Position numbers and translations under genes: made by a program
Shown here: in pieces, positions 15,314 through 15,543 of the stretch
Layout of the letters: the number at the start of each line of letters is the position of its first letter
Position numbering within the stretch: the stretch's first letter is position 1
Assembly (NCBI GenBank): GCA_965612865.1
Contig: CBFDTJ010000034.1
Location: forward strand, 1-15,543
DNA: 15,543 bases
Direction of reading: 5' to 3'
Source of the DNA: an uncultured bacterium
GTDB lineage: Bacteria; Caldisericota; Caldisericia; B22-G15
Notes under the pieces: generated by a model
What the model saw: only the letters and a program-made list of their open reading frames with translations
Database searches by the model: none
Told to the model about the DNA's origin: nothing

Positions 15314-15475
15314 TTTTCTACCTCCTTACGCAATTTTTCATCTAAACTTCCATCAGGAAGCATCCAATCTGGATGCATTTCACCTTTCTCCTCCTTCTGA
15401 TAACGAACACAAATTTCCCAATCCCCTTTGCAATACAATTCTATCCACTTCTTATCCAATTTCCCTTCCTCATAA
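15310..15475 (-). CDS. C-terminal part of a small hypothetical Cys-containing protein, 5' end lost at the contig end
   Basis: YEEGKLDKKWIELYCKGDWEICVRYQKEEKGEMHPDWMLPDGSLDEKLRKEVEK-stop, with ATGA overlap to the MBL pseudogene start. The track's first 14 aa (MPSLVGSEMCIRDS) derive from adapter. Confidence 0.7.
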
Positions 15476-15543
15476 CTGTCTCTTATACACATCTCCGAGC
15501 CCACGAGACTAGGCATGATCTCGTATGCCGTCTTCTGCTTGAA
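15476..15543 (+). other. Illumina Nextera adapter read-through (sequencing artefact)
   Basis: CTGTCTCTTATACACATCT (Tn5 mosaic end, 15476-15494) + CCGAGCCCACGAGAC (15495-15509) + 8-nt index TAGGCATG (15510-15517, matches N706) + ATCTCGTATGCCGTCTTCTGCTTG (P7, 15518-15541) + AA. Confidence 0.99.

Noticed and set aside
15476..15494. Tn5 mosaic end as a possible transposon terminal repeat
   Set aside because: It is followed by the exact Illumina primer, index and P7 sequence, and there is no transposase; it is a library artefact.
15300..15516. Track ORFs 15300-15512 (+) and 15310-15516 (-) as complete genes
   Set aside because: The stop of the first and the start of the second come from adapter sequence; only 15310-15475 on the minus strand is genuine.

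Overview
AT-rich bacterial contig end, probably metagenomic. All real genes are on the minus strand. The core (975-12385) is one tightly coupled 11-gene operon. In transcription order it encodes a cytoplasmic alpha/beta esterase, a FabH-like enzyme whose His/Asn catalytic residues are replaced by Thr/Tyr, an NAD-type FabG/PhaB-like SDR, a tandem double-TetR regulator, an acetyl-CoA hydrolase/4-hydroxybutyrate CoA-transferase family protein, a thiolase, and a Liv-type ABC importer whose binding protein carries an N-terminal copper-amine-oxidase-like stalk domain. A sigma70 promoter overlapped by two TACCTGA-A-TCAGGTA-type palindromic operators drives it. My inference is an uptake and catabolism system for 3-hydroxybutyrate or related hydroxyacyl esters/oligomers, not fatty-acid synthesis or amino-acid uptake. 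Flanking it are a truncated YhfC/PrsW-like intramembrane protease with an extracytoplasmic N-terminal domain (missing from the ORF track), a GH26-like glycoside hydrolase that appears circularly permuted, a small membrane protein, an intact and a decayed MBL-fold gene, and a small Cys-containing protein fragment. The last 68 nt (15476-15543) are untrimmed Illumina Nextera adapter, not genome. Family assignments come from motif recognition by eye; no searches were run.
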